From an archaeon (GTDB taxonomy: Archaea; Micrarchaeota; Micrarchaeia; Norongarragalinales; UBA97), in the NCBI GenBank assembly GCA_020057405.1, contig JAGVFW010000003.1:64001-128000 (forward strand): a stretch of 64,000 nucleotides of DNA. The letters are read 5' to 3'. The translations under genes were made by a program, and so were the position numbers. A model generated the notes under the pieces. The model did not search any database and was not told the DNA's origin. It saw only the letters and a list, made by a program, of their open reading frames with translations. This document shows, piece after piece, positions 10,187-18,932 of this stretch. Numbering within the stretch: the first letter of the stretch is position 1; each line of letters opens with the position of its first letter.

Positions 10187-11182
10187 TTAATCCCACTTGA
10201 GCGAGCCGGCAGTCTGGTATTCGGTGACGCGCGTCTCGAAGAAGTTCTTTTCTTTCGGGAGGTCGGCGGACTGGCTCATCCATGGAAACGGGTTTTCAGT
10301 GTTGTAGGCCTTTGGCAGGCCGATGCGCTCGAAGCGGCGGTCGGCGATGTACTCGACGTAGGCGGCGAACTGGTCTGAGCGGATGCCGACGATGCCGTCG
10401 GGGCAGGCTTCGTAGGCGTACTTCTTCTCAAGCTCGACGGCCTTCTTGATTAGCTCAATGATGTTCTTCTCGAAAGCCGGAGTCCACACTCTTGGGTTCT
10501 CGGCCTTGATCGTGTTGATGAGGTCGCAGCCGTAGGCCAGGTGCAGGCTCTCGTCGCGCATGATGTACTCGAACTGCTCGCCTATGCCGATCATCTTGTT
10601 CTGGCGCTTTAGTGCAAGCATCATGGCGAAGCCCGCGTAGAAGAAAATGCCTTCCATGATGACGTAGTAGCCGACGAGGTCGTGGAGGAAGAGCCGGATG
10701 TTCTCGTCGCTGTCTGTCAAGAAGGTCGGGTCGAAAATGCTCTTGGTCAACTCGACGACGTAATCGTCTTTCGCCTTGATGCAGGGGATGGTGTTGTACA
10801 TGTTGTAAATCGTGTCCGGGTCAAGGCCAAGCGTGTCACAACAATAGATGAAAGTGTCAGTGTGGACTGCCTCCTCATAAGCCTGGCGCAGCATGTATTG
10901 CCTGCATTCCGGATTTGTCACGTGGCGGTAGACGGCGAGCACGATGTTGTTTGCGGTAAGCGACTCGGCGGTTGAGAAGAAGCCCAGGTTCCACAGGATG
11001 AGCTTGCGTTCCTCCGGCGAAAGGACTTTAGGCGACTTCCACTGCTCGACGTCCTTTTGCATTGACACTTCTTCCGGGGTCCAGTTGTTTGCGATGCCGT
11101 CCTTGTAGTACTTGCGCGCCCAAAGGTAGGACATCGGGAGAATCTTGTTCGGGTCGGTCTTGCTGTTGTTGATTATGGGCAT
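10187..11182 (-). CDS. nrdB: Ribonucleotide reductase beta subunit, class Ic (R2c, Mn/Fe type)
   Basis: FFSTAESL, EEAVHTDTF (Phe at the radical-Tyr position), MEGIFFY, RDESLH, EKNFFETRVTEY. Confidence 0.93.
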   Translation of the reverse strand: MPIINNSKTDPNKILPMSYLWARKYYKDGIANNWTPEEVSMQKDVEQWKSPKVLSPEERKLILWNLGFFSTAESLTANNIVLAVYRHVTNPECRQYMLRQAYEEAVHTDTFIYCCDTLGLDPDTIYNMYNTIPCIKAKDDYVVELTKSIFDPTFLTDSDENIRLFLHDLVGYYVIMEGIFFYAGFAMMLALKRQNKMIGIGEQFEYIMRDESLHLAYGCDLINTIKAENPRVWTPAFEKNIIELIKKAVELEKKYAYEACPDGIVGIRSDQFAAYVEYIADRRFERIGLPKAYNTENPFPWMSQSADLPKEKNFFETRVTEYQTAGSLKWD

Positions 11183-11221
11183 TTTTCACACCTTTTGATT
11201 GAGTTAATATTTTGGGTAAAA

Positions 11222-14212
11222 CTACTGGCAGGCTTCGCATTCGGGGTCGCCCACGCACACGAGGCCTGCATTCTTTGCGGCCGGGTCAAACTTGCCTTCT
11301 GCGGCCAGCTTCTTGGCTGCCATCTCAAGTGCGTTAGGAGCGCGGAACTCGGGTGCGGCTTGGCCTTGCTCGACTGCGGGCTGGACTACGGGCCTTGACA
11401 CTGCGCCTTCCATCACGGTGGTCCTGCCGGCGCCCTCCATTGCCATCATTGGCGCGCGGCGGGAGGCGGCGACGTCGACTGCAACTTGCGCAGAGGCGAG
11501 TGCCGTTGCGCCCGCGTCTTGCGCAACTGTCGCGTACTCGCGCTTTTGCGTGAAACCGTATTTCGTGTCTAGCGTTGACTTCTCGATTTGCGATGCGGCG
11601 AGGGTGCGCAGGTAGTAAGTCGTCTTCAGGCCCGCGTGCCATGCTGCAAAGTAAGTGTCGTCAAGCGCCTTGCCTGTTGCCCCGCCCATGAATATGTTGA
11701 GCGACTGGCTCTGGTCAATCCACTTGCCCCTAACGGCCGCGTGCTTGATGAGGCACTCGGACTCTACTTCAAACGCTTCCTTGTACTTTTCTTTGAGCTC
11801 TTTTGGAACGCCGGGGATGAGTTGGATGCTGCCGTCGTAGTACTTGAGTTGCTCAAGCATTTCGGTGTTCCACAGGCCCATGCCTTTTAGGTCCTCGACG
11901 AGGCCGGAGTTCACTATGGTGAACTCGCCGCTGATGTTGGCCTTCACATAGATGTTTTTGTAGATGGGCTCGATTGAGGGAAGGCAGCCGGCGATGTTGG
12001 AGATTGTCGCAGTCGGGGCGATTGCCATGGTGTTCGAGTTGCGCATGCCGTGCTTTCGCACGCTCTCGCGGACGGGAGTCCAGTCAAGCGACTCGTTTCG
12101 GTTGACTTCGACTTTCATGCCGCGCTCTTCCTCAAGCAATTGAAGGGTGTCAAGGGGGAATAGCCCCCGGTCCCACTTGCTGCCCTGATAGGATTCGTAG
12201 GTGCCGCGCTCTTTGGCAAGCTCGCTTGAAGCGAGGATGGCGTGGTAGGCGATGAATTCCATCATGTTGTCGGAAAACTCGATTGCCGCGGGCGAGTCAA
12301 AGGACAAATCCATTGCATAGAGGCTGTCTTGGAAGCCCATGATGCCTAAGCCGACTGGCCGGTGGCGCATGTTTGAGACTTTAGCCTCCGGAGTTGGGTA
12401 GTAGTTTACGTCAATGACGTTGTCCAGCATGCGCATGCCGGTCTTGGTGGTCGCCGCGAGAAGCTCGCGGTCGAGCTTGCTGCCATCCAGGTGGCGGGAG
12501 AGGTTGATTGAACCCAGGTTGCACACTGCAGTCTCTTCGGCCGAGGTGTTGAGCGTGATTTCAGTGCACAAGTTGCTGGAGTGCACCACGCCGGCGTGGT
12601 CCTGCGGCGAACGGATGTTGCACGGGTCCTTGAAAGTTACCCACGGGTGGCCGGTCTCGAAGAGGCGCGTTAGCATTTTCCGCCAGAGCTGGCGGGCTGA
12701 GAGGACTTTGTGCTTCTTGATTTGGCCGTTGCGGGCTTTTTCCTCGTAGCCTAGGTACTGGCTTTCGAACTTGCTTCCGTAAATGTGGTGCAGGTCGGGC
12801 ACTTCCTCTGGGGAAAAGAGCGTCCAGGTCTCGTCTGCGGCAACGCGCTTCATGAAGAGGTCGGGAATCCAGTTGGCCGTGTTCATGTCGTGCGTTCGGC
12901 GGCGCTCGTCGCCAGTGTTGCGGCGCAGGTCGAGGAAGTCCTCTATGTCAAGGTGCCACGTCTCGAGGTAGGCGCATGTCGCTCCGCGTCTCTTGCCGCT
13001 TCGGTTGATGGCGACAGTCACGTCGTTGGCGATTTTGAGGAATGGGATTACGCCCTGGCTCTCGACTTTGGTGCTTTTTATCCACGAGCCGGTCGCTCGG
13101 ATGTTGCTCCAGTCGTTGCCAAGCCCTCCGCTCCACTTCGAGAGCTGCGCGTTGTCGCCGAAGCTCTTGAAAATGTCGGTCAAGTCGTCGCTCACGGTGG
13201 TGAGATAACAAGAGGAGAGCTGCGGCCGCGCGGTTCCCGAGTGGAAGAGCGTCGGGGTCGAGGGGACGAAACGCATGAGAGAAATTGCGTCGTAGAACTC
13301 GAGTGCCTTTGCTTCCTTGTGCTTCTCGTTTAGGGACAGGCCCATTGCTACGCGCATCCAGAATGACTGCGGGAGTTCGGCGCGCTTGCCGGCGACGCTG
13401 AAGAAGTACCGCTCGTAGAGAGTCTGGATGCCGATGTATTGGAAGAGCGCGTCGCGGCCGGGAACTAGCCCGCCGGCCATCTTGTCGAGGTCGAAATCGA
13501 GCATGCGCTTGTCGAGTGTGCCCTCGTCGACGCCGGCGAGGATGCCTTTTGCGAACGCCGTGCGGTATGCCGCTTCCATTTCCTCGTCCTTGATTGAGCG
13601 GCCGATGACTTCCTTGTAGAGCTTTTGGAGAAATAGGTTGGCGGACAGGTAGCTATAGGCCGGGTCGCGCTCGATGAAGGAAATGCTTGAGAGGATGAGG
13701 GTCTTCTCTAGCTCGTCGGTTGAAATGCCGTCGTAGACGTTTTTCAGCGCCTCTTTTGAGACGAGCTCGACTGAAACGGCATCGCCAAGCGTGCGGCTGG
13801 AGCGGGCGATTGATGCGTTGAGCTTCATGATGTCGAAGATGACGGTCGCACCGTCGCGCTTTCGCACGCGCAGCTTGCCGAGAAGCGATTTGCGGACGTT
13901 CTGCTGCTTTTCTTCCTCGCGCTGGTCGTGGCGCTTGGCGCGGTAGAGGATGTAGCCTTTTGCGACTTCGTAGAGGCCCTTTTGGACCAAGTGTTTTTCG
14001 ACTAAATCCTGGATGTTCTCGACGTTGGGGTAAAAGTCGGTGAAGCGCCGCTGGACTTCGGTTGTTATTTCGGAAGTGATTTCGTCAACCGCGCCCGGGG
14101 GCAGGTCGGTCTGGGTTGCTGAAACTGCTTTCGAGATTGCGCTCTTGATTCGGTTAGCGTCAAAATCAACTACTTCGCCAGTTCTCCTGACGACCATCAT
14201 TCCGCCGTTCAT
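11222..14212 (-). CDS. nrdA: Ribonucleotide reductase class I alpha subunit with tandem ATP cones
   Basis: Two N-terminal ATP cones (VVRRTG, VRKRDG), PSTPTLF, QLSSCY, SNLCTEI, AIAPTATIS, LKTTYYLRT, C-terminal CEACQ; start placed at the ATG after a GGGGTGGGG RBS-like run. Confidence 0.95.
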   Translation of the reverse strand: MNGGMMVVRRTGEVVDFDANRIKSAISKAVSATQTDLPPGAVDEITSEITTEVQRRFTDFYPNVENIQDLVEKHLVQKGLYEVAKGYILYRAKRHDQREEEKQQNVRKSLLGKLRVRKRDGATVIFDIMKLNASIARSSRTLGDAVSVELVSKEALKNVYDGISTDELEKTLILSSISFIERDPAYSYLSANLFLQKLYKEVIGRSIKDEEMEAAYRTAFAKGILAGVDEGTLDKRMLDFDLDKMAGGLVPGRDALFQYIGIQTLYERYFFSVAGKRAELPQSFWMRVAMGLSLNEKHKEAKALEFYDAISLMRFVPSTPTLFHSGTARPQLSSCYLTTVSDDLTDIFKSFGDNAQLSKWSGGLGNDWSNIRATGSWIKSTKVESQGVIPFLKIANDVTVAINRSGKRRGATCAYLETWHLDIEDFLDLRRNTGDERRRTHDMNTANWIPDLFMKRVAADETWTLFSPEEVPDLHHIYGSKFESQYLGYEEKARNGQIKKHKVLSARQLWRKMLTRLFETGHPWVTFKDPCNIRSPQDHAGVVHSSNLCTEITLNTSAEETAVCNLGSINLSRHLDGSKLDRELLAATTKTGMRMLDNVIDVNYYPTPEAKVSNMRHRPVGLGIMGFQDSLYAMDLSFDSPAAIEFSDNMMEFIAYHAILASSELAKERGTYESYQGSKWDRGLFPLDTLQLLEEERGMKVEVNRNESLDWTPVRESVRKHGMRNSNTMAIAPTATISNIAGCLPSIEPIYKNIYVKANISGEFTIVNSGLVEDLKGMGLWNTEMLEQLKYYDGSIQLIPGVPKELKEKYKEAFEVESECLIKHAAVRGKWIDQSQSLNIFMGGATGKALDDTYFAAWHAGLKTTYYLRTLAASQIEKSTLDTKYGFTQKREYATVAQDAGATALASAQVAVDVAASRRAPMMAMEGAGRTTVMEGAVSRPVVQPAVEQGQAAPEFRAPNALEMAAKKLAAEGKFDPAAKNAGLVCVGDPECEACQ

Positions 14213-14240
14213 AATCCCCCACCCCAGACCTATAAACAAA

Positions 14241-14732
14241 TTACTGCGATTTTACGATTGCAATTTCCTTCTCTTCCCGCTTGAGCTCGCGCAAGGCCTT
14301 CTCAAACTCGCTCACGTCGGCAAACTCGCGGTAAACGGATGCAAAGCGGATGTAGGCGACCTTATCAAGCGCCTTTAGGTGCGCCATCACCTTTTCCCCA
14401 ACCTGGGCGCTTGCGACTTCCTCGGACTCGCTGCCAAAGCGGAGTTCGGCCTCGATTTCTGCAACAGTCTGGTCAACTTGCTCCATGCTGACTGGACGCT
14501 TGTGACAGGCCTCAACCAGGCCCTTTCGCAGCTTTAGGGGTGAAAACGTCTCGCGCCGGCCGTCTTTTTTGATGACGACTAAGTCGGGCGCCTCGACACG
14601 CTCGTAAGTGGTAAAACGCTTGCCGCAAGCCTCGTTTAGGCACTCCCGTCTGCGGCGGTTTGTTACCTCTCCCTCGGCCTCTCTTTTGTCGAGAACCCGC
14701 GTTTCAACGTGCAAACAAAACGGACATTTCAT
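14241..14732 (-). CDS. nrdR: Transcriptional repressor NrdR
   Basis: MKCPFC...RRRRECLNEACGKRFTTYE zinc ribbon plus ATP cone ending AYIRFASVYREF. Confidence 0.95.
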   Translation of the reverse strand: MKCPFCLHVETRVLDKREAEGEVTNRRRRECLNEACGKRFTTYERVEAPDLVVIKKDGRRETFSPLKLRKGLVEACHKRPVSMEQVDQTVAEIEAELRFGSESEEVASAQVGEKVMAHLKALDKVAYIRFASVYREFADVSEFEKALRELKREEKEIAIVKSQ

Positions 14733-14775
14733 GTAAATTCCCCACCAACATGGCACACGCCAAACAAGTGCCCCA

Positions 14776-14823
14776 AAACCACCAGTTGTGCCATACAACT
14801 TAATGAAACACAAGCTTTTGTGG
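14776..14823. promoter_or_regulatory. Tandem NrdR-box-like sites upstream of nrdR-nrdAB
   Basis: ACACAAGCTTTTGTGG (14808-14823, about 12/16 to acaCwAtATaTwGtgt) and weaker AAACCACCAGTTGTGC (14776-14791), 32 bp apart. Confidence 0.5.
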
Positions 14824-15013
14824 TTTTGCGTCATTCTCAACGCTATTCTAGTTTAAATAAGTTTCGGCTTTCTTCAAGAATATCCCGCCGTTTTAGGGAA
14901 AAACGCGTAGTGCTTTGGTGCGTACGAGAAGTTTGGCGGTTAGGCGCCGATGCTCACTCGGACAAGGTACGGGCGCAAGCAATGGTAAAGTTTATTAATG
15001 GTATTTTTTATAA

Positions 15014-15250
15014 ATGGTAGGTGGTTTTGTGGAGAATGTGAGTGTTGACAAGTCGGGCCGCTTCGTTATTCCAAAGAAGGTGCGAGCCGAGTTTGACACC
15101 AACGTGTTTTCAGTAGAGGTGGAGAAAGACGCCATTGTCTTGCGGCCGAAGAAGGGCCTTAGGGGACTTTTTGGCACGTTTCCGGACCTCGACATGAAGG
15201 AATTCGAGAAATGGAAGAGGGAGGAAGTAGAACGTGAGAATTCTTCTTGA
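15014..15250 (+). CDS. vapB: AbrB/MazE-type antitoxin
   Basis: VSVDKSGRFVIPKKVR...IVLRP swapped-hairpin motif; overlaps the PIN gene. Confidence 0.85.
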   Translation: MVGGFVENVSVDKSGRFVIPKKVRAEFDTNVFSVEVEKDAIVLRPKKGLRGLFGTFPDLDMKEFEKWKREEVERENSS

Positions 15251-15608
15251 CGCTTGGGCCATCCTTGAACTCATCAAGGGCAGCGACAAGGGCGCAAAAG
15301 TGGAAGAAATCGTGCGCGATAGCACGCTTGCCTGCACCACTTCCCTAAATCTCTACGAAGCGAAATACAAGCTTACCGGCCGGTACGGCGAGGCCAGAAT
15401 CGACAAAATGCTCGATGAAGTCAGGGCAACAACCCAAATCCTCCCAATCACCGAAGAAGCCGCGCTTGCGGCAGCGGAAGTAAAGCTGCAGCAAAAGCAG
15501 CTAAGCGCAGTTGACTGCAACGCTTATGCTGTCGCCCGGCTCCACAAACTAGAATTCGTTACAGGCGACAAGGGTTTTACCGGACTCGAAGGCGTCGTGC
15601 TGGTCTAA
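15234..15608 (+). CDS. vapC: PIN-domain toxin
   Basis: ILLDAWA, NLYE, LSAVD and VTGDKGF acidic PIN motifs. Confidence 0.9.
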   Translation: MRILLDAWAILELIKGSDKGAKVEEIVRDSTLACTTSLNLYEAKYKLTGRYGEARIDKMLDEVRATTQILPITEEAALAAAEVKLQQKQLSAVDCNAYAVARLHKLEFVTGDKGFTGLEGVVLV

Positions 15609-15620
15609 GTGCAGGGGGAG
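15605..15620 (+). repeat. att-like core copy A (CTAAGTGCAGGGGGAG)
   Basis: Exact 16-mer containing the vapC stop codon. Confidence 0.9.
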
Positions 15621-15710
15621 CGACTCTAGCTTCTTACTAGAGTCTGAAGCACCGGGCAGTTAACCCCACAAAACGTTGTTTTTTATGCATGCCAAACAAT
15701 CGCGCCCCTC

Positions 15711-15755
15711 TAGGCGTAGTCACTTAGAACGATTAATTTAAATAGGCGTAGTCAC
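15711..15755 (+). promoter_or_regulatory. 13-bp direct repeat TAGGCGTAGTCAC flanking the TATA box of the Fic gene
   Basis: Copies at 15711-15723 and 15743-15755 around TTTAAATA. Confidence 0.55.
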
Positions 15756-15766
15756 CTATTACTACT

Positions 15767-16705
15767 ATGCACGTTGAACTCCGCAAGGCTGGCGAGGGTC
15801 GTAAGTTCTACTTGGCACACTCATACCGGAGAGGCAAGAAAATAGTCAAGCTCCGCATCTACCTTGGCGCGAACCTTTCCCCCGATGAAATAGTGGAGAA
15901 AAAACACCTTGCCGAAAGCACGCTTCGCTATCGTGTCGATGCCAGCGCTGCCATGAGCGACCCGTTTGAAACCGCGCTTTCCAAGGGTGAGCTCGAGGAG
16001 CTTAAGACGCTTGAGGCCAAGGGAGAGCTCGCCATCAAGCACTTGTCCGAGGAGGACTGGCGCAACTTTACCGAAGCGTTCACTTACGACACGAATGCCA
16101 TCGAAGGCTCCACCATACTCCGGGAAGAAGTAGGGGACATCCTCGAGCGCGGGAAGTGGCCGGACAAGCCGAAGGGAGACATATCCGAAACGTATGGCGT
16201 GGCGAAAGCCATCGAACACGTAAGAAAAACCAAGGAGCACATCTCGCTGCCGCTGCTTTTAGAATTGCACCGCATAGTTTTCCTGAACTCTAAGCCGTAC
16301 GCGGGAAAGTTCAGGGCGCGCGGAGTGGAAGTAGTCGTGGCGGACGCATACGGGAATATCCTGCATCGCGGCGCCCCTTCGACGCAAGTGCGAAAGCTCC
16401 TAAAGCGGCTGGTGGAATGGTACGGGAAGAACAAAAAGCGCTACCCGCCACTAGTCCTCGCCGCCGTAGTGCACAACCAGTTCGAGAACATCCACCCGTT
16501 TCAGGACGGCAACGGGCGGGTCGGCAGGCTCTTGCTCAATAATATCCTGCTCAAACACGGGCTGCCGCCGCTCAACATCGAACTGCGCAACAGGCACGAA
16601 TACTACGCGGCGTTGCAGGCGTACGAGCACAAGCATGACATCCGGCCCACAATCCAGCTCATGCTCAAGGAATACCGTGCTCTCAAGAAACTCCTCAAGA
16701 GGTGA
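15767..16705 (+). CDS. Fic family protein with N-terminal basic beta-strand domain
   Basis: HPFQDGNGRVGR and TNAIEGS; N-terminus RKFYLAHSYRRGKKIVKLRIYLG. Confidence 0.92.
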   Translation: MHVELRKAGEGRKFYLAHSYRRGKKIVKLRIYLGANLSPDEIVEKKHLAESTLRYRVDASAAMSDPFETALSKGELEELKTLEAKGELAIKHLSEEDWRNFTEAFTYDTNAIEGSTILREEVGDILERGKWPDKPKGDISETYGVAKAIEHVRKTKEHISLPLLLELHRIVFLNSKPYAGKFRARGVEVVVADAYGNILHRGAPSTQVRKLLKRLVEWYGKNKKRYPPLVLAAVVHNQFENIHPFQDGNGRVGRLLLNNILLKHGLPPLNIELRNRHEYYAALQAYEHKHDIRPTIQLMLKEYRALKKLLKR

Positions 16706-16731
16706 CTACACCGCACAATTTTGTAGTCACC
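16701..16731. repeat. 10-bp inverted repeat overlapping the Fic stop codon (terminator or operator)
   Basis: GGTGACTACA-N11-TGTAGTCACC, sharing GTAGTCAC with the promoter repeats. Confidence 0.55.
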
Positions 16732-16740
16732 CAAAACAGC

Positions 16741-16805
16741 GTGCTTCTAGCCCTAGTCTAAGTGCAGGGGGAGTAAGCTTAGACCTGGACTAAGTGCATA
16801 CCGAA
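16741..16805 (+). repeat. att-like site B: core at 16758-16773 with palindromic arms on both sides
   Basis: gtgcttctagccctagt-CTAAGTGCAGGGGGAG-taagcttagacctggactaagtgcataccgaa. Confidence 0.9.
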
Positions 16806-16855
16806 ACGAAAGCACGATAATGCCGAATGTGGCAAAGCCAAATAAAAAGTGTCTC
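16798..16855 (+). repeat. 58-bp direct repeat, copy 1
   Basis: ataccgaaacgaaagcac...atgccgaatgtggcaaag...aataaaaagtgtctc, repeated at 17921-17978 with few mismatches. Confidence 0.9.
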
Positions 16856-16874
16856 GAGTTTGAGCGGACTTGGG

Positions 16875-17816
16875 CTATGCGCGCTTGTCGTGCCCGTTTT
16901 CGGCTTGTTCTTCGGGTTTCAGGATCGTGTACTGCTCAAGCAATTGCTGGGAAAGAAAGCTCGCGAAAGGCTTTTGGTTTCCCTTGTCCGCTTCTTCGAT
17001 CGCGTTGTAGTATTGTTCCTTGTTTCTCGTTTCAATGATTGCCGGCGGGAATCGATTCCGCATGAGGATCCAGTTCATCAACAGCCTTGACGTGCGACCG
17101 TTGCCATCGGTGAAGGGATGGATTTGAACGAACCCATTGTGCAACCATGATGCCAATTCTACAGGATGAAGCGCGCGCTTATTTTTTTGATATTCCTTGA
17201 AGAGTTCGCCCATCAACCGCGGTACGTCCTTTGCTGCCGGAGGCTTCCAGTCCGAACCGCCGATTCCGACTTCACTGTCGCGGTAATCGCCTTGAATCCT
17301 GCACGTCGTGTTTTTCGTGATCTCAAACTGTATTTTGCACGCGAATTCCTTGTTCACCTGTCCCTTGTACGACTTGACGAATTCCCACGCATCCTTGCCG
17401 TTCAACACCTCGATGACGTCGTTCGTCTTTACGCCTTGCGGCGCGATTCCTTCGGAAAGAATGAGCGCGGTTTGCCGCAAGGTGAGCGGATTGCCTTCGA
17501 TCGCGTTCGTGTTGTACGTAAAGCGCACGAGAAAATCGCTCGGCACCATGCCCTCCGGAAAACCCTTGAACGCGACTACGGCTGAATGCAAGTCCTCGAG
17601 CCGATCTTCCGCTTCCTGCGACAGCCACTTCGCCTCGTAAGGCTTCGGCGCCTTTCGTTCAAGCTCTGAAAAATACTTTTGCAACTCATCGTGGCCTGGC
17701 ACTTTCCTCCCCAAAAACACCCGAACTTTGCTAACCTTGGTGGGAGAAAGGCGCACGCTCTTGACGAGGTAGAAATAGTCGTGCTTCCCGTGCCTCTGCT
17801 TCTCGATAAACGCCAT
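16875..17816 (-). CDS. Fic family protein with N-terminal basic beta-strand domain
   Basis: HPFTDGNGRTSR and TNAIEGN; N-terminus YFYLVKSVRLSPTKVSKVRVFLG. Confidence 0.92.
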   Translation of the reverse strand: MAFIEKQRHGKHDYFYLVKSVRLSPTKVSKVRVFLGRKVPGHDELQKYFSELERKAPKPYEAKWLSQEAEDRLEDLHSAVVAFKGFPEGMVPSDFLVRFTYNTNAIEGNPLTLRQTALILSEGIAPQGVKTNDVIEVLNGKDAWEFVKSYKGQVNKEFACKIQFEITKNTTCRIQGDYRDSEVGIGGSDWKPPAAKDVPRLMGELFKEYQKNKRALHPVELASWLHNGFVQIHPFTDGNGRTSRLLMNWILMRNRFPPAIIETRNKEQYYNAIEEADKGNQKPFASFLSQQLLEQYTILKPEEQAENGHDKRA

Positions 17817-17920
17817 AATATGGCTACATCTTCAAACTATTTAAATATTGTGGTCATAATGCCTACTTTTACGCGCCTAATATAAATTGTAGCCATACGG
17901 ATTAATCTCGAGGGGAATTT

Positions 17921-17978
17921 ATACCGAAACGAAAGCACAGAAATGCCGAATGTGGCAAAGTCGAATAAAAAGTGTCTC
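17921..17978 (+). repeat. 58-bp direct repeat, copy 2
   Basis: Near-identical to 16798-16855. Confidence 0.9.
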
Positions 17979-17987
17979 TGCTTTTGG

Positions 17988-18731
17988 TTAAATCAAGTGA
18001 AGACCCGAAGCCAAAGCAACTAACCCCGAAAGCAAGACCAAAACCAATGAAATTTTCCTAAATAATTCGTCATCGACCTTGTGGACGATTGCCATGCCTG
18101 CAAGAGAACCTACGACCATTGCCGGAAAAAGCATAATCGTATAATTAATCACCTCGTTCGTAAGCAGGCCGTTCACAAAATAGAACGGAATCGTGAGAAG
18201 AAAGAGAACTGAAAAATAGGCGACTAAATCGGCGCGAAAATCATCTTTTTTTGTCCCTTGGTTTGCTAGAAAGAGCACTACTGGCGGACCGCTCATGGTG
18301 GTGCTGCCGTTAAGGACTCCACTTGCAAAGCCCGTTATCGCAAATCCCGTCAGCTTATTCTTTATTTCACGCCTGAAGCCAACGATCAACGCCAGGGCGG
18401 TTAAGGCGACTATTGTTCCTGCGAAAATTTTTAGCGTTGCAACGTCCAAATACAAGAGAATCCAAGTTCCTATCGGAATGCCCGCCAACCCGGCAACCAG
18501 CAATGGAAGTATGCGTTTGAAGCTGACGTTACGCCAGACCTGCACTAACACGATGAAATTTATCGCAGTGTTAAGGAGGAGAACTATTGGTATTGCCGTC
18601 TTTGGAGACAAGAAAAGTACGAGGAGTGGAACCGATACAAGGGCAAAACCAAATCCCGTCAAACCATAAGTCAAAGCAGCCAGGAGGATTATTGCAAACG
18701 CAAAAACAATCGGGATAGAAACTTCAAACAA
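17988..18731 (-). CDS. TauE/SafE family (sulfite exporter-like) membrane protein
   Basis: GLTGFGFALVSVPLL and SGVLNGSTTMSGPPVVLFL; about 8 TM helices. Confidence 0.85.
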   Translation of the reverse strand: MFEVSIPIVFAFAIILLAALTYGLTGFGFALVSVPLLVLFLSPKTAIPIVLLLNTAINFIVLVQVWRNVSFKRILPLLVAGLAGIPIGTWILLYLDVATLKIFAGTIVALTALALIVGFRREIKNKLTGFAITGFASGVLNGSTTMSGPPVVLFLANQGTKKDDFRADLVAYFSVLFLLTIPFYFVNGLLTNEVINYTIMLFPAMVVGSLAGMAIVHKVDDELFRKISLVLVLLSGLVALASGLHLI

Positions 18732-18870
18732 GGTAATTCAACTCTGCCAATTTACATTATCGCTCAGTTTGTTTAAATAGTGCCTAATGCCCTTTCGTTG
18801 ATCACCTAAAAAATGCTGAATTAATTAACGGCCAAATTCTACATTTCTGTGTAACATGAGGGCGAAAAAC

Positions 18871-18924
18871 TTCGGTATACCTTTAGACCAGGTCTAAGTG
18901 CAGGGGGAGTGCTTTGAACCCACG
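18871..18924 (+). repeat. att-like site C: perfect palindrome TTAGACCAGGTCTAA, core at 18894-18909, then a tRNA T-arm-like remnant
   Basis: Minus strand reads cgtgggttcaaagcactccccctgcac. Confidence 0.88.
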
Positions 18925-18932
18925 GAATAGGG

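Noticed and set aside
11280-11530. Intein or insertion element in the nrdA tail
   Set aside because: It is an Ala-rich low-complexity linker before the CxxC tail, with no intein splice-junction motifs.
14850-15010. Left terminal repeat for a vapBC cassette
   Set aside because: I found no convincing CTTAGAC-type arm or core upstream of vapB.
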